Shown: piece after piece, positions 1 to 13,839 of the stretch | Layout of the letters: every line of letters starts with the position of its first letter | Numbering within the stretch: position 1 is the first letter of the stretch | Program-made: the position numbers and the translations under genes | Notes under the pieces: model-generated | What the model saw: the letters and a program-made list of their open reading frames with translations, nothing else | Database searches by the model: none | Told to the model about the DNA's origin: nothing | Assembly (NCBI GenBank): GCA_964016885.1 | Contig: OZ024740.1 | Location: 202,616,001-202,680,000, forward strand | DNA length: 64,000 nucleotides | Source: Eledone cirrhosa | Taxonomy: Eukaryota | Direction: 5' to 3'

Positions 1-216
1 CTTAATCTTTTTTTTTTGTGTGGAAATATATATTTTCTCATGCTTTTTAATACTAAATTATAAATAGCAATATACCATATTTGCCGGCTTATATTTTACA
101 TTATGTTTTGATGTTTGTAGGCATTTTTATGGACCATGTCCAATATTCGCGATTTTTCACTATTCAAGGGTGCTCTAGGAACGTAACCCCAATGAATACC
201 AGAAGACAACTGTATA

Positions 217-272
<56 letters not shown>

Positions 273-807
273 TTTTAGTCGCAAGACATTCGTCAACCTG
301 ACGCTATGGTATAAACGAAAGTGCCACGCGGTGAGACTCAACCCAAAACCACATGCTTGCTAAGTAACTCCTTAACCATACTGCCATATCTTCAAGATTA
401 ACTGGAACTTAGAAATGTGTATTTCATTAGCATATTTTTGATGTAAACACTGCTTATGATTTCCAAATAATTTTGAGCATAATCAAGAATTTGGAGATAT
501 TTGATATAACTAACCTTCCCTAAGATGATGTTTAGAGCATAACTTAACAACAAAGATTCTTTCATAGAATTATGGTGGAAGGTTTTTAGATAAATATAAA
601 CACTTTTAAATAAACAACTTTGGGCAGTTTCAGGCAGTTTAGTATCAAAAGGGTTAAACATATGAAAGGGTTAATTTGACAATTGCCTGTCAAATCAGAA
701 CTGATATCTTCAACAAAAGTCAGTGACTTGCCAAACAATATGTCAAATCTGTTGTTTAACACACACACACATACGCACGCATGCACGCCTGCGCGCGCGC
801 ACACACA

Positions 808-921
808 CAGGGTGTCCCAAAAAATGTATGCACACTTTGATTGCATAGGCAATATTTGATTGTATAGGCAATATTTATTAGACTGCTGTTGATGTGTGTA
901 TACATTTTTTGAGACACCCTG
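808..921. mobile_element. Tc1/mariner-type MITE
   Basis: TIRs cagggtgtcccaaaaaatgtat / atacattttttgagacaccctg, with TA on the right side. A second, degenerate copy lies at 22658-22740. Confidence 0.75.
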
Positions 922-1147
922 TATATATATGTTATAGGAATTCCCTTTTAAATTGCTCATAAGTTTTCTCTTATTTTAATTTTATGTTTTTCTACTGTTT
1001 ACTCTGCATATTCAGTTTAGATACACTGCATCCCCATACATCATTAGAAATGACTAAAAGGGTTGGTTCCAAGAAGGGCATTTGGTTATAAACATTATCT
1101 TATACATGATGAGTATGAAGCCTGTTATATGGCCTACAAGCCTTGTC

Positions 1148-1367
1148 TAACCCCTTAGCATTTAAACTGGCTTTTTTCACCTCTAAACTGGAATCTTTTA
1201 ACTTCTTTCTGTTCAAACCAACTGTAACCAGCTGCTCATACTGACTTTAAGGTATTATTCTCAAAATAATATCATCAAAATTTCATAGCTTCAATATTAT
1301 GTGAGTAAAGCCTTTACTGCAAAAATACAATAGTAAACATAGAGTAGTGTAAATGCTAAAGGGTTAA
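1148..1367. mobile_element. piggyBac-like MITE family A (~220 bp)
   Basis: Ends (t)taaccc(c/t)ttagcattt...aaatgctaaagggttaa, i.e. TTAA target plus CCC..GGG termini. Further copies at ~6995-7222, ~23250-23470, ~23604-23822, ~26421-26632 and ~40853-41200 (the last interrupted by a SINE). Confidence 0.65.
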
Positions 1368-3829
1368 CAAGGAAAAAGGCTTGAAAATGCTTGCGTATGT
1401 TGTTATTGTTTAGTCTGGTGGGGGAAAGGAGGAAGGCAACCTTAAACTGGAGACCTGGTGTGAATGTTTTCAACATAGTGGGCTCTGCTAAAGATATCCA
1501 TGGGCCAGAGGGTTGTATGAAATTGGGCAATACATGGTCTTCCACCAAAGTAGACCTCAGTGAGATTTGAACTCAGAACACAATGAGTTTGAACAAATAC
1601 TACCATAAGATATCTTGTCTGATGTTCTACTAATTCACCACATTGGACTAGTACTTATTTTACCAACTGCAGTAAAATCAAAGATAAACTTAACCATGGC
1701 AGTATCTGAACTTGAAACACAGAGAATCAGAACAGCCCCAGAAGGTATTTCATCCTACACTCTAACACTCTACCACTTCACCATAGTTGTTTGTTTTTAA
1801 ATATTTTGTCAAGTGGTTTATTTGGAATTCATTATAATACAGTCATATATGTCTGAAGGAATAAAACAAATACTTTGTTTTATGTATAAAGTACTCCATC
1901 CATTTTCCAGTTATTGCTGTGTTTTTATGTTTTTTTTTTCTTTTCATGCTGATGTTAATACTTAACTCTCAACATCCTGTACCACATGAACCCGCACTAG
2001 CAAGGCATTATTGAACAGTTTAAAGCAATGTTGAGACTGCATTACATTCAAAATTGAAGTCTTTCAAATGACTGAAAATTTTCACAGCGATCCCTCCACT
2101 AGTACAATACTATAAACAGTTGTTGATTATTTTCTCTCAGGTATCGCTGGAACAAGAGGACAATGTTAGTCATCTAACTCATGGTGTTTATGAGGCTGTT
2201 TGCTTGCAAACAAACCGAATATTAATAATATTATTATTATTCACTCACGAATACATATAGATATATATTTGAAAGAGTATATGCTCCGAAATCAATAGAC
2301 GTGTCCGAGGAACCTGCGAGTCTAGAGTCAGGTCGATCCACACACAGATTGCACCTCGAGCTGTTTGCCAGGGAAACAATTGTAACACACAATAAATTGA
2401 GTTCCAATGCATCACTGATTTTTCGTTTTCCATTCTATCATACTCTGCTCCGTAGGTGCATAGAGTGCTCAACCGGCATACCACCTATGGAAGCATCTTA
2501 GCTACCATTAGACATATATATATATATATTTACACACACACACACACATATATATATACATACATACTGTATATATTCATGTACGAGTCACACCTCCATT
2601 TTATATACATTTACAATGTACCTTATATTTTAAACTGAGTTTTTATAGGTGTATAGATAGGTCATATGCTAGCTTTTCATGTCATATTTTCATGCAAAAT
2701 ACACTAGAACTTATGTTAATCCATGGAGATAACTTTCTACTAATATATTTAGGAATGTTACTGTATTAACTAGTTAGCATAGTCATGAACCAACTATGTA
2801 TGAAGCTCTCATGCTTCAGTAAATCTTGACTAACATTTTATTTACCAATCCAAACATAGTAGCTTCAGAGAGAATACACTTAACTTTCTTCTGGTCACAC
2901 CACCTCCTCATGATGACTAAGCTGTATATGTCACTACTTGTTAACCCTTTCACTACCATATTTCTAATAAAAATACATTTCCTTACAATTTTCAAATAAT
3001 TTTGAATAATCAAGAATTTAGATAGATTTAATAAAATATCATTAGCTTGATAATGAGAAAACTAGATATGTCTTATGTAATATAAATGAAATAATTGTTA
3101 CACTGAAATGTATATGGTAAGTGTATGTATATATGGCTATCTACCTATTTATCATAAAATCACTTAACCTTTAACTCTACAAAATACTTCAGCAATGTTG
3201 GTATAGTCACTGCCTCCGTCTCTCTTGCTCCCCTCATCTCTTACTATTATAAGCAAACGGGGGGGGGGGTCCACGTGCCGGCCGGCGTGCAGCCCTGGCG
3301 GACAGAATAGAGAAGGTGTTTCTCTGAAGGATAGTGGAAGAGATGTGTTGGAAGAATCATTCCAGCTCATGAGGTTAACACCTGCAGGTAGCCAACTCTT
3401 TGCTGATGATGGTGAGTGAGTTGGATGGTAATGATTGGAATAAAAGTTTTTACATAGAATTATGATGGGAAGTTTTTAGATAAATATAAACACTTTAAAA
3501 CAAACAATTGTGGAACCTGGGACAGTTTCAGGCAGTTTGGTATCAGAAATGTTAAACTATATGATCAGGCTAAAGCTTTGCCCCACTCCATATTACATAT
3601 ACACATACACATACAATAAGCCAATAGATGAAAAATGAACTGCTAAGCTATGGGACATAACCAAACATCCCCACTTGCTTTAAATAATTGTTTCTATTTT
3701 TGGTACAAGGCCAGCAATTATTCCAGTGTATTACTGGTACTTTATTTTATCGACCCCGTAAGGATGAAAGGCAAAAGTGTAAAGATTATAGAGAGACAAA
3801 CATACATACACATACATAAATGTGTGTAT

Positions 3830-3879
<50 letters not shown>

Positions 3880-3962
3880 AATATGTTAATCCCTACTGTA
3901 GCGCCAAGCGGTTTCATCATCATTTTTAAGTCCACTGTTCCATGCTTGCATCAGTGTGTGCG

Positions 3963-3997
<35 letters not shown>

Positions 3998-4740
3998 GTC
4001 CAATCCACTATGTCAGCATGGAAAAATAAAAAGCACACTGTTGAACCTGTAAGCTGGTATTGTTGATGCCATGATTACATACACTCAGTTCACCCTATAA
4101 GGTGGTAGTGATGGTGTCACAAAAAAAGCACCCATTCCACTCTGTAAGGTGGTAGTGCATTTGCCATGATAAAAAACCACCCAGTCACTCTGTAATGTGG
4201 TAACGTTGGTGTAACAATAAAAATCACCCAGTCCACCCCCATAAGGTGGTAGTGCTGGTGCCATGATAAAATGATGCTTCCATTACATGCTCTAAAGTGG
4301 TTGTCATTAGAAAGGTCATCCCAGCCTAATATGGAATGTAACGAGTAGACATTGCCACCTGAGTACGTGACTGACAACCTGTCTAACCCATACAAGCATG
4401 GAACATAGACGTTAAACGACAACGATGATGGTGATGATGATATGTGGCTTCCAATATAAATATAATGTACCATGCTGGTTAACCAATAGATCCTGAATTC
4501 TATATTTTCCTTCACCAAATACTTCCACTCCTCCTCATTTCTGTCTGTGTGTCTGTTTACACTCAATATGTCGCCATTATTCCATAAGTACACACTTTAA
4601 CATATAAATTAAAGTAGGATGTGTATAATAGCAGAAACCTTGAAATGAAATTATCACAGTATATATCTTATATATTTTTCTCTGGAGGTCATATGCTTTC
4701 TTCCACTTAACTAAACAATGCATGGGCTGTATTGTAATAC

Positions 4741-5260
4741 ATCATGATCATCACCACCGACACCTCCACCACCACCATCATCACCATCATCATCATCATC
4801 ACCATCACTGCCACCATCACCACCACCGACACCATCATCACCACTGACACCAGCATTACCATCATCATCACCACTAACACCACCACCACCATCACCACCA
4901 TCACCACCGACATCACCACCACAATCATCATCACCACCACCACCTCCTTCACCATCATCATCACCACCACCATTGTCATCAACTCTACTGATGCCACCAT
5001 CATCATCAGCACCAGTATGACCAACCCCACCACTACCATCACCAAACTAACCACAATCACTACAACCACCACCACTACTATCACCACCACCAACCCCACC
5101 ACAGGCACCACAACCGTCACTACCATTACCACCATCACTACTATCACCACCCCTACTGCAACCATCTCCACCACCACCATAATCACTACCACCACTATCA
5201 TCATCACTATAATAATCATCATCAGTAACACCACCAGAAACACTCACCACCACCACCATC
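4741..5260. repeat. Compound (CAC/CAT/CTA)n trinucleotide microsatellite
   Basis: Directly visible. Explains the poly-T/I and poly-V/M ORFs. Confidence 0.95.
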
Positions 5261-5735
5261 TTTGTTATGAAATTTTTTTACCGATAATTTATTCATGTTC
5301 CATCAACGAATGTCCTTGTTCACTCAACAGAAATGTCTGCTTGTAAAGTTAATGTGCAAGTGGCTGAGCAGTCTACAGACATGTGTTCCTTTACCGCTGT
5401 TCCCAGGGAGATTCAGCATGACACAATGTGTAATAAAGCTGACCCTTTGAATTACAGGTACGACTCATTTTTGCCAACTGAGTTAGGTGAAATAAAGTGC
5501 CTTGCTCAAGGATAGAATGCACTGCAGGAATCGAACTTGTGACCTTTATACTCCTTCTTCATTATAATACACTGATCTCTAACATAGGTACAATATTGCG
5601 ACTTTTGTTAACAATTGTTAGTAATCTGTCAGGTGGCTGTACCAGTAATTCAATGGTCCATTCACATCATACGCTGTCATGCTGATTTGGCTTGAGGATT
5701 ACATTTAGCATACATGTGGCTGTGTAAGTTTCAAT

Positions 5736-6792
5736 TCATCATCATCATCGTATTCCTGGAACTGGTGCAGCCAGTTGTTGGGGTGCCACTCTAGATGTGC
5801 CACTCGTGCAGCCAGTCATTGGGGTGCCGCTGGTGCAGCCAGTTGTTGGGGTGCCACTCTAGATGTGCCACTCGTGCAGCCAGTCATTGGGGTGCCGCTG
5901 GTGCAGCCAGTTGTTGGGGTGCCACTCATGCAGCCAGTCGTTGGGGTGCCACTCTAGATGTGCCACTGGTGCAGCCAGTCATTGGGGTGCCACTCGTGAA
6001 GCCAGTAGTTGGGGTGCCACTGATGCAGCCAGTCATTGGGGTGCCACTCATGCAGCCAGTCATTGGGGTGCCACTCTAGATGTGCCACTCATGCAGCCAA
6101 TCATTGGGGTGCCACTCATGCAGCCAGTCATTGGGGTGCCACTCTAGATGTGCCACTCATGCAGCCAATCATTGGGGTGCCACTCATGCAGCCAATCATT
6201 GGGGTGCCACTCATGCAGCCAGTCATTGAGGTGCCTCTCGTGCAGCCAGTCATTGGGGTGCCACTCATGCAGCCAATCATTGGGGTGCCACTCTAGATGT
6301 GCCACTCGTGCAGCCAGTCATTGGGGTGCCACTCGTGCAGCCAGTCATTGGGGTGCCACTCTAGATGTGCCACTCGTGCAGCCAGTCATTGGGGTGCCAC
6401 TCGTGCAGCCAGTCATTGGGGTGCCACTCTAGATGTGCCAATCGTGCAGCCAGTCATTGGGGTGCCACTCATGCAGCCAGTCATTGGGGTGCCACTCTAG
6501 ATGTGCCACTCGTGCAGCCAGTCATTGGGGTGCCACTCGTGCAGCCAGTTATTGGGGTGCCACCCATGCAGCCAGTCATTGGGGTACCACTCGTGCAGCC
6601 AGTCATTGGGGTGCCACTCGTGCAGCCAGTCATTGGGGTGCCACTCTAGATGCTTTTGCTGTCAGTTGTCACCATTGGTCTCTATTCTCCATCACGTGTA
6701 GAAGGGTCTTTGATGTTGTAGGACCAGGATTTTCTTTGTCTGCCCTTTCTTCGCCCTCCCTCGACTGTGCCCTGAAGGATGGTTTTGGACAA
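5736..6792 (-). mobile_element. 5'-truncated RTE-type LINE 3' end hosting the minisatellite
   Basis: Minus strand of 6660-6790 reads LSKTILQGTVEGGRRKGRQRKSW..NIK, an RTE C-terminal motif. The (GAT)n tail lies at 5736-5750. Confidence 0.7.
5760..6652. repeat. Minisatellite: 27-bp unit with interspersed 14-bp unit (often a 68-bp higher-order repeat)
   Basis: Unit gtgcagccagtcattggggtgccactc, with tagatgtgccactc inserted every 1-5 units. Confidence 0.95.
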
Positions 6793-7683
6793 AGAGTTGT
6801 GGCAGACTTACATACTTGTAAATTAAAGATCTATCCTTGTCATGCATTCTGCATTACGTTGATTCCAACTGAGAATTATGTTTTTATGGTATACTCATCC
6901 ACTTATACCATGACACAAGATGGACTGTACCTGTAATTCATAGGGCCAGTCTTGTCACACTCTCTGTTCTGTTGTATCACCTTCAGAATTATATTAACCC
7001 TTTAGCATTTACAATACTCTATATTTATTATTGTCTTTTTGTGGTAAAAGCTTTATCTCACATAGTTATCTCAAATGATATCGAATCTATGAGATTTTGA
7101 TGTTATTTATTTTGAGAACAATACTTTAACATCAGTATGAGTGGTCAGTAACGGCCAGTTTCAACAGAAAGAGGTGGGAGAATTGTGGCCTGATATGGCC
7201 GGTTTAAATGCTTAAAGGATTAAGAGTATACGTGTCTGTGGGATGCTCAGTCACTTACACTATGATACAACTTGGATTGTAACTTGTAATTAAAAGGTCC
7301 AGCTTGGTCATATACTGTCACATTAATTCTGACTGAGAGTTATATTAAGAATACAAGATAGACTGCACCTGTCATTCAAAGGACCCGTCTAGTCATACAC
7401 TCTGTCACATTATGTTAGGGCTACATGTTTCTCTGGAATACTCAGCTATGTATCATGTCAATTCTGCCTCAATATTATGTTATGGGTCTATGGCTACATA
7501 TGTATGTAGAATATATATATTTCTTATATATTTATTCAATGAGTAGGTTGTCCAATTGATTGAACAACTGAATGTTCATCATTTAAACCTAGAAACATCC
7601 ATTGTTTTTACTACACCAGTTCAAGTCACTCCTAATCTTAGATTAATTCATATTTTATCGTGAACAACTATTATTATGTTTAT

Positions 7684-7870
7684 GGTGGATTGGCAGTGTT
7701 GGTAAGGGTCGGACGCCATGCTTTGACGTATAGAGTTACGGCCCTTGCCATTCTAAGTTCAAATCCCGCCGAGGTTAACTTTGCCTTTCATCCTTACGGG
7801 GTCGATAAAATAAAGTACCAGTAATGTACTGGGTAATTGCTGGCCTTGTGCCAAAAGTAGAAACAATTAT
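7684..7870 (+). mobile_element. tRNA-derived SINE family 1 (~190 bp), representative copy
   Basis: A-box-like tggcagt(a/g)tcggt, B-box gagttcaaatccc, body gttaactttgcctttcatccttacggggtcgataaaataaagtaccag, tail agtagaaacaattatt. Other copies: 12213-12396, 15451-15632, 18373-18560(-), 19775-19955, 30113-30332, 31980-32195, 32197-32345, 36694-36878, 39582-39770(-), 40353-40540, 40874-41055, 48915-49100; partials at 3690-3778(-), 10040-10225, 10655-10800, 10935-11050 and 58563-58665. Confidence 0.85.
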
Positions 7871-9034
7871 GTTCATTTGCATTGCGATGACATTTCAAAT
7901 TTCAATTTTTTTTCAAATGCTTCTTAAATCAACCTGTTGTTTACATTTCTAGCTATACAGTCTTAAAATCTTGTAAAAAAAAAAGAAGAAAAAAAACAAT
8001 ATTAGTGTCATCTATGAAATATAAGGTTTAATTCTCATGCAAGCATGGAAAAGTTGATGATGATGATGATAAATTCCTTGCAGATACTTCTATTCATTTT
8101 ATTTTCTATTTCCAACTATTATTTCAGTGATTGTCTATTATTATAGTCATATCCGTTGGAACAACTGCATTTTAAATTTTCCCAGTTTTCCTTAAGTCAA
8201 CCAGATTTTCATATTCTAATGTATTGGGATTATAATATCATTGTACATAGTTTGTCTTTTAAACAAGATTGTGTGTCTGTGTTGTATGTGTGATTGTGTG
8301 TATATTGTGTAGTCTGTGTGTGTATTTTTGTAGTGGGTGTCTGTCTGTGCATGTGATTATATCTGCTTGTAGTGTGTGTCTGTTTGTATTATGTATGCAT
8401 ATTGTGTGTGTCTGTGTGTCTATAAACACATGTCATATAAAATAGAAATATAAGTTGGTTACCTTAGTGATTCCATCACAATATCTGATGAAAGGCAGAG
8501 ATATTATTGTACAGTAGTGATATTATAACATAGAGCAACATATAAATAATTGCTTTGCTATATCATATGTATCATAACATTTCATATGGAATTCATAACA
8601 TTCTATTTTCCCCATGCTATCATTATATAATACCATATAGAATTGATGTGAAGGCATGTGGCCTAATGATCAGTGTTAGGCTATTGATCATATAGTTGAG
8701 AGTTTGATTCTCAGACCAAGTGGCACATTGTGTCATTCAGCAAGCCATCTTATTTCACATTGTTCCAGTTCTTTCAGATGGTAAAATGATTTGTGATGCC
8801 TGTCGTGCCAAGTTGTATCAACCATTGCCCTTCCTTTGGACAACATCAGTGTCATAAAGAGGGGAGTCTGACACACATGGGTAACTGCATGACTTTCAAA
8901 AAAAATACCTTGCCGAGGCTCATGCCTTGAAGAGGAACTTTCCTTGTGCAAATCTATAGTCATGCCTGAAGGGTAGCAGTCTCATACCATATCAAAATTG
9001 ATAACATCTTATAGACTTAATAACATTTTATATG

Positions 9035-9610
9035 GACATGTGGTTAGAATGTCTCAGGAAAGAATCGCTGTACTGATTTTATGAGCAAAACCAACCGGCA
9101 GAAGACCCAGGGGTAGACTTCAAGCAAGATGGTTGGATAACATCCATGAGCTTGGCTAGTCTTGCTTGGGGATCCAGCCGGATCAGTTGGCGACAGTTGC
9201 TTCAGACAGGACCTGCTGAAAGGAGTGTTTGAGGATTCTACTCCCACAACCCTAAAAATCTGTCCAGCGATTCTTTCCTGAGACCTTCTAAGCATATATC
9301 CATAGTATCGGAGCTGTGATCTCTCATTTCAGAGAAGTAATGGCTCTACCTGGAGTGGCTCTCTGATCTTTGAGCTACACACGCTCTCGAGTAACATTAC
9401 TCCAAAGATCATTTAGAGGAACCCCATTTCGACTGCTTTTATTCGCGATTGTATTCTTTCTGTCATTACCTAAGACCATAAGCAAGGATTAGCAAATTGA
9501 AAACAGTGAGTTTGGCCTTTACGCCTACCTCTCTTCTGATTACTGAATGCTGAAGATGGTGCATTACTGCACCAGCTCTGCACTTAATTCAGCCTCCTGC
9601 CTTCCATCAC
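9035..9610. mobile_element. RTE-type LINE 3' fragments joined in opposite orientations
   Basis: 9035-9252 (+) reads HVVRMSQERIA..AKPTGRRPRGR..RWLDNIHELG. 9255-9610 (-) reads ERSQLRYYGYMLRRSQERIAGQI. The same 3' segment recurs at ~21895-22165(+) and ~34205-34425(-). Confidence 0.7.
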
Positions 9611-11759
9611 ACATTTCTATAAAAAAAAAAAAAGAGAAAAATTCTAATTACCAAATTTTGAAATAATACTGTTCATCAACATATAAAAGGGAAAACTTAA
9701 CAATAAATGGTTTACTGAATATAAAAAGATACATGCTATCAAATTAACAACATCACACATATATAACATATGATATTGATATATTTAATTGGAAGTTGAT
9801 TGAATTGTTTAACTGTTTAGATTTATCTTTTTTTTTAATTCATTGTGATGCTATAATTATAGGAAATAACAACATTTGTACAAAAATAAACATTTTGCAA
9901 GTTGAAAATGTTTTTTATTTTATTTCATTCTATTAAAAATTCAAAATGTTATCTTATATGATCCAGTAGAAGGTTGTTGTTTTTTTTATTTTTTTGTATT
10001 TTACATAATCATCATCATCATCATCTAAATCATCATAATGGATTGGCAGAAGTGTTGAACAAAATGTTTTGTGGCATTTGTTCGAGTTCTTTAACTTCAG
10101 AGTTCAAATCCCACTGAGGTCAATAAAATAAAGTACTGACCAAGTTCTGGGGTTGATACAATCGACTCCCCACCTCACCCCATCCAAATTACTGGCCTTA
10201 TGCCAAAATTAGAAACCATTATTATCATAATTGTCACCACCATCAGTATCATCATTATCATTTCAACAAGCTGTTCTTGTAGTCATATACTGATTATTAA
10301 TACTGTTGAAGGAGCAAATCATAACAAATGACCAAACATCCTCATATTTTCTGTCTTTGATAATGTTTCAAAAACCTTTCTCAGGGTCTGAGCCATTCCA
10401 AATACTTTCGTCTTTTAAAGAAAGTCTGTATAGATATCAATTTCAAATATTGCAATACATGTTCTTATTTTAGTTACCATTCTCCAAGGCACCTACAACT
10501 ACTGGTGTGGCTTCAACCTTTTTGTACCCTACATTTTGTAGATTTCCCTCTTTGAGTTTTGGTAAAGTGTGAATGGTTCTATACTCAGCATGAGCCTGTA
10601 GGTTGAAAAAGGAAAATTAGAAGAGGACATTCACCTAATACGACTAGGGTGACTATGGATCCTGCTGAGATTAGCTTTGTCTTTCATCCTTACGGGGCCG
10701 ATAAAATAAAGTACCAGTCACGCACTGGGGTCAATTTAATCGACTTTCCCCTCCCCCAAATTGTTGGTCTTGTGCCTAAAGCAGAAACCATTATTATTAT
10801 TGTTGTTGTTGTTATCTGCCCCATTATGTTCTAAGTTGAATTTCCACTGACATCAACATCGCCCTTCCCCACTTCCAGTGGGGTGAGGAGGCCGAAAATA
10901 AAGTACTAGTCAATTACTGTGTTCATTTCATTTGGCTTTCATCCTTACGGAGTCAATAAAATAAAGTACCAGTAACGCACTGGGGTCGATTTAATCGATT
11001 TTCACTTACCCAAAATTTCTGGCCTTGTGTCTAAAGTAGAAACAATTATTATAAAAACTGGGCATAGTAGGGATCAGATGTTGTGTGCAAGAGAAAAGAG
11101 TGTACTGGTACAGACAGACACATGATATGTGTGGGTGATAAGTGTTGGGTGAAGAAATACCAAGAGTTATAAGTGGAAGGTAACTGCAGAAGAGGAAGAC
11201 CAAGAAAAACCTGGACAGAAGTGTTGAGAGCTGATCTCAGATTACTGGACCTCACAGAAGAGAAGACAAAAAGAATGTAACAAGAGCCAATACATGTAGG
11301 ACATGGAAAAGTGGAAGTAAAATTGATGATGATATGATGAGGGTGATGGTGGTGATGGCGGTGTTGGTGGCAGTGGTGATGATGGTGGTGGTGGTAGTTG
11401 CGGCAGTGGTGGCTTTGGTGGCAGCGTTAGTGGCGGTGGTGTTGGTGGTTGCAGCGGTGGTGGTGGAAGCTGCGATAATGAGAATGACAGACAGCGATGA
11501 ACTTTAGAGTTGTGATAGAAATATTTTAACTTGATAGTGCTTTAATGTCCTCATTGTGAAACTGTAGAGTGTGTCTGTCTGTGTGTCTGTGTTAACTAGG
11601 ATCAGAGGTGGATATCAATCGACAATATAGTATGATTGATAATTGATATTTGATCTTCAGTGGCTATTAATTACAACAGATATGTGTAACTACTTGTTAA
11701 TATATCAACAATGGGCAAAGTCTCTAATGGTATTTCACTTACAATTAAATATTATTTAT

Positions 11760-12690
11760 AATCATCACCATTATCATTGCCACTGGCACTACCACTATCA
11801 CCATCATCATCATTATCATTATCATTGGCACTGGCACTACCACTATCATCACCAATACCATCATCATCATCATCATTATCATCACCATTATCATTGGCAC
11901 TGGCACTACCACTATCACCATCATCATCATCATCATTATCATTGGCACTGGCACTACCACTATCATCACCAATACCATCATCATCATCATTATCATCACC
12001 ATTATCATTGACACTGGCACTACCACTATCACCACACATACCATCATCATCATCATTATCATTGGCACTGGCACTGTCACCACCATTGTCGCTACCAATA
12101 CCATCATTATCATTGCCACCACCACCATCATCATCATTATCATCATCACCATCATTGTCTGCAGTGTTGTTGTTGTCACCACCACTACCATCATCATGAT
12201 CATTATTATCAATTGGCAGTATCGGTAGAGGGTCGGACACCATGCTTTGATGCATAGTGTTACGGCCCTTTATGATCTGAGTTCAAATCCCGCCGAGGTT
12301 AACTTTGTCTTTCATCCTTACGGGGTCGATAAAATAAAGTACCAGTAACACACTGGGGTAATTGCTGGCCTTGTGCCAAAAAAGTAGAAACAATTATCAT
12401 CATCACCACCACTACCATCATCATCATCATCATTATTATTATCACCACCACCACCACCATCATCATCATCGTTATTACCACCATCATTATTGGTGGTGTT
12501 GTTTTCACCACCACCACCACCATCATCATCATTATCATCATCACCATCATTGTATGTGTTGTTGTTGTTGTCGTCGTCAGCGTCACCACCGCTATCACCA
12601 GCGTTGTAGATGTTGTTGTTGTCACCACCACTGTCACCACTACTACTACCATCATTATCATTATCATCGTCAGTAGTGATGTTGTTGTTA
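11760..12690. repeat. Compound (CAT/CAC)n microsatellite with higher-order cattggcactggcactaccactat blocks, interrupted by a SINE
   Basis: Directly visible. Explains the poly-H, D/G and M/V ORFs. Confidence 0.9.
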
Positions 12691-13129
12691 CTGTTCTTTC
12701 ACTCCTTACAATGTATGAAAATGTGTGTGCCAAAAGTTGTGATAAGAGAGAAGACCAGGCCATGATGTGATTGTAAGATAATAGAACTGGTAAAGTCTTG
12801 TGGTTGTTGAAACTGTTAATGGTAATAAACCATCCTCCCCTTCACCCTTTCCTTCCTCTTCCCCTTGCCCTCATCCTTTCCCTCTTTCTCTCTGAAGTTT
12901 TGTGGTTGTTGAAGCTGTTAATGGTAAGCAACCATCCTCTCCTCTCCCTCCTTCCCTTCTTGTCCTCACCCCCCACCCCCTCTCTCTCTCTCTATATATA
13001 TATATGAAGAGTTTCAAGGTTTCTGGGTGGAAATTGCCTCTAAACCTGTCAGAGAGTAAAACTACTTGACAAAAACATTTTCACTTCTAACTGAAACAAA
13101 AACAAAATCAGCTTCCTGGTGCTGTTTCA

Positions 13130-13345
13130 GCTGGTTGGTTGGCTGGTTGGTTGGTTGGTTGGTTGGTTGGCTGGCTGGCTGGCAGATTGATTGGTTGGCT
13201 GGCTGGCAGATTGATTGGTTGGCTGGCTGGTTGGTTTACTGGCTGGTTGGTTGGTTGGTTGGTTGGTTGGTTGGCTGGCTGGTTGGTTGGTTGGTTGGTT
13301 GGTTGGCTGGCTGGATGGCTGGCTGGTTGGTTTACTGGCTGGCGG
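13130..13345. repeat. (GGTT/GGCT)n tetranucleotide microsatellite
   Basis: Directly visible. Confidence 0.95.
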
Positions 13346-13839
13346 CATATTTCTAGTGACATACTCTGTCCATTTGTTTTAATCCTTTTGTTGCTGTTGA
13401 AAGACATATCAAAAACTACCATCTTCCAGGAATCCTTGTATGCTTGTTTGACTTGCTAGAATTTACAACCAAATTTCCATGCTGCTGACATAGGTTAGTT
13501 AGATCATTATGGTCCACGACAGATTGTGACCATAACCATGTCTTACTTATCATACATTTCATATTTTGGCTTGGTTTCTACGGATGTCCAACTTAATGCC
13601 AACCATTTTACAGATTGTACTGGGTGCATTTTAGTACACCAGTACTTGTGAGGTTGTCATGTCTTTGACAAAATCAAAGGGTCCTCTCTACTCTAGGTTG
13701 ACTCAGTTCATTCATCAGTCCTATTCATTGTAGAATAGAGGGTGGGACATCTCCATTCAGTCTCCGATCCCTCACCACATTTATATTTAGCATCCCCAGG
13801 AATAGTGGATAAATAAACCATTTCCAATCCAAGGCAAAT

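Noticed and set aside
2131-2220. Possible exon after tttctctcag at 2140
   Set aside because: The acceptor-like site has no kinase-like translation and no convincing donor.
4707-5346. Mucin-like Thr-rich or hydrophobic ORFs (also 11643-12763, 22813-23182, 26760-27051)
   Set aside because: Trinucleotide microsatellites open in several frames on both strands, with no splice or domain support.
5760-6652. CRISPR-like array, or Cys-rich repetitive protein (CHSCSQSLG / VPLVQPVIG ORFs)
   Set aside because: Units are contiguous with no unique spacers, there are no cas genes, and the context is eukaryotic. The ORFs are by-products of a 27-bp unit and are broken by the 14-bp insert.
8480-8525. CTGATGA hammerhead core (also on the minus strand near 13712)
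   Set aside because: No properly placed GAAA, stem II/III or cleavage triplet.
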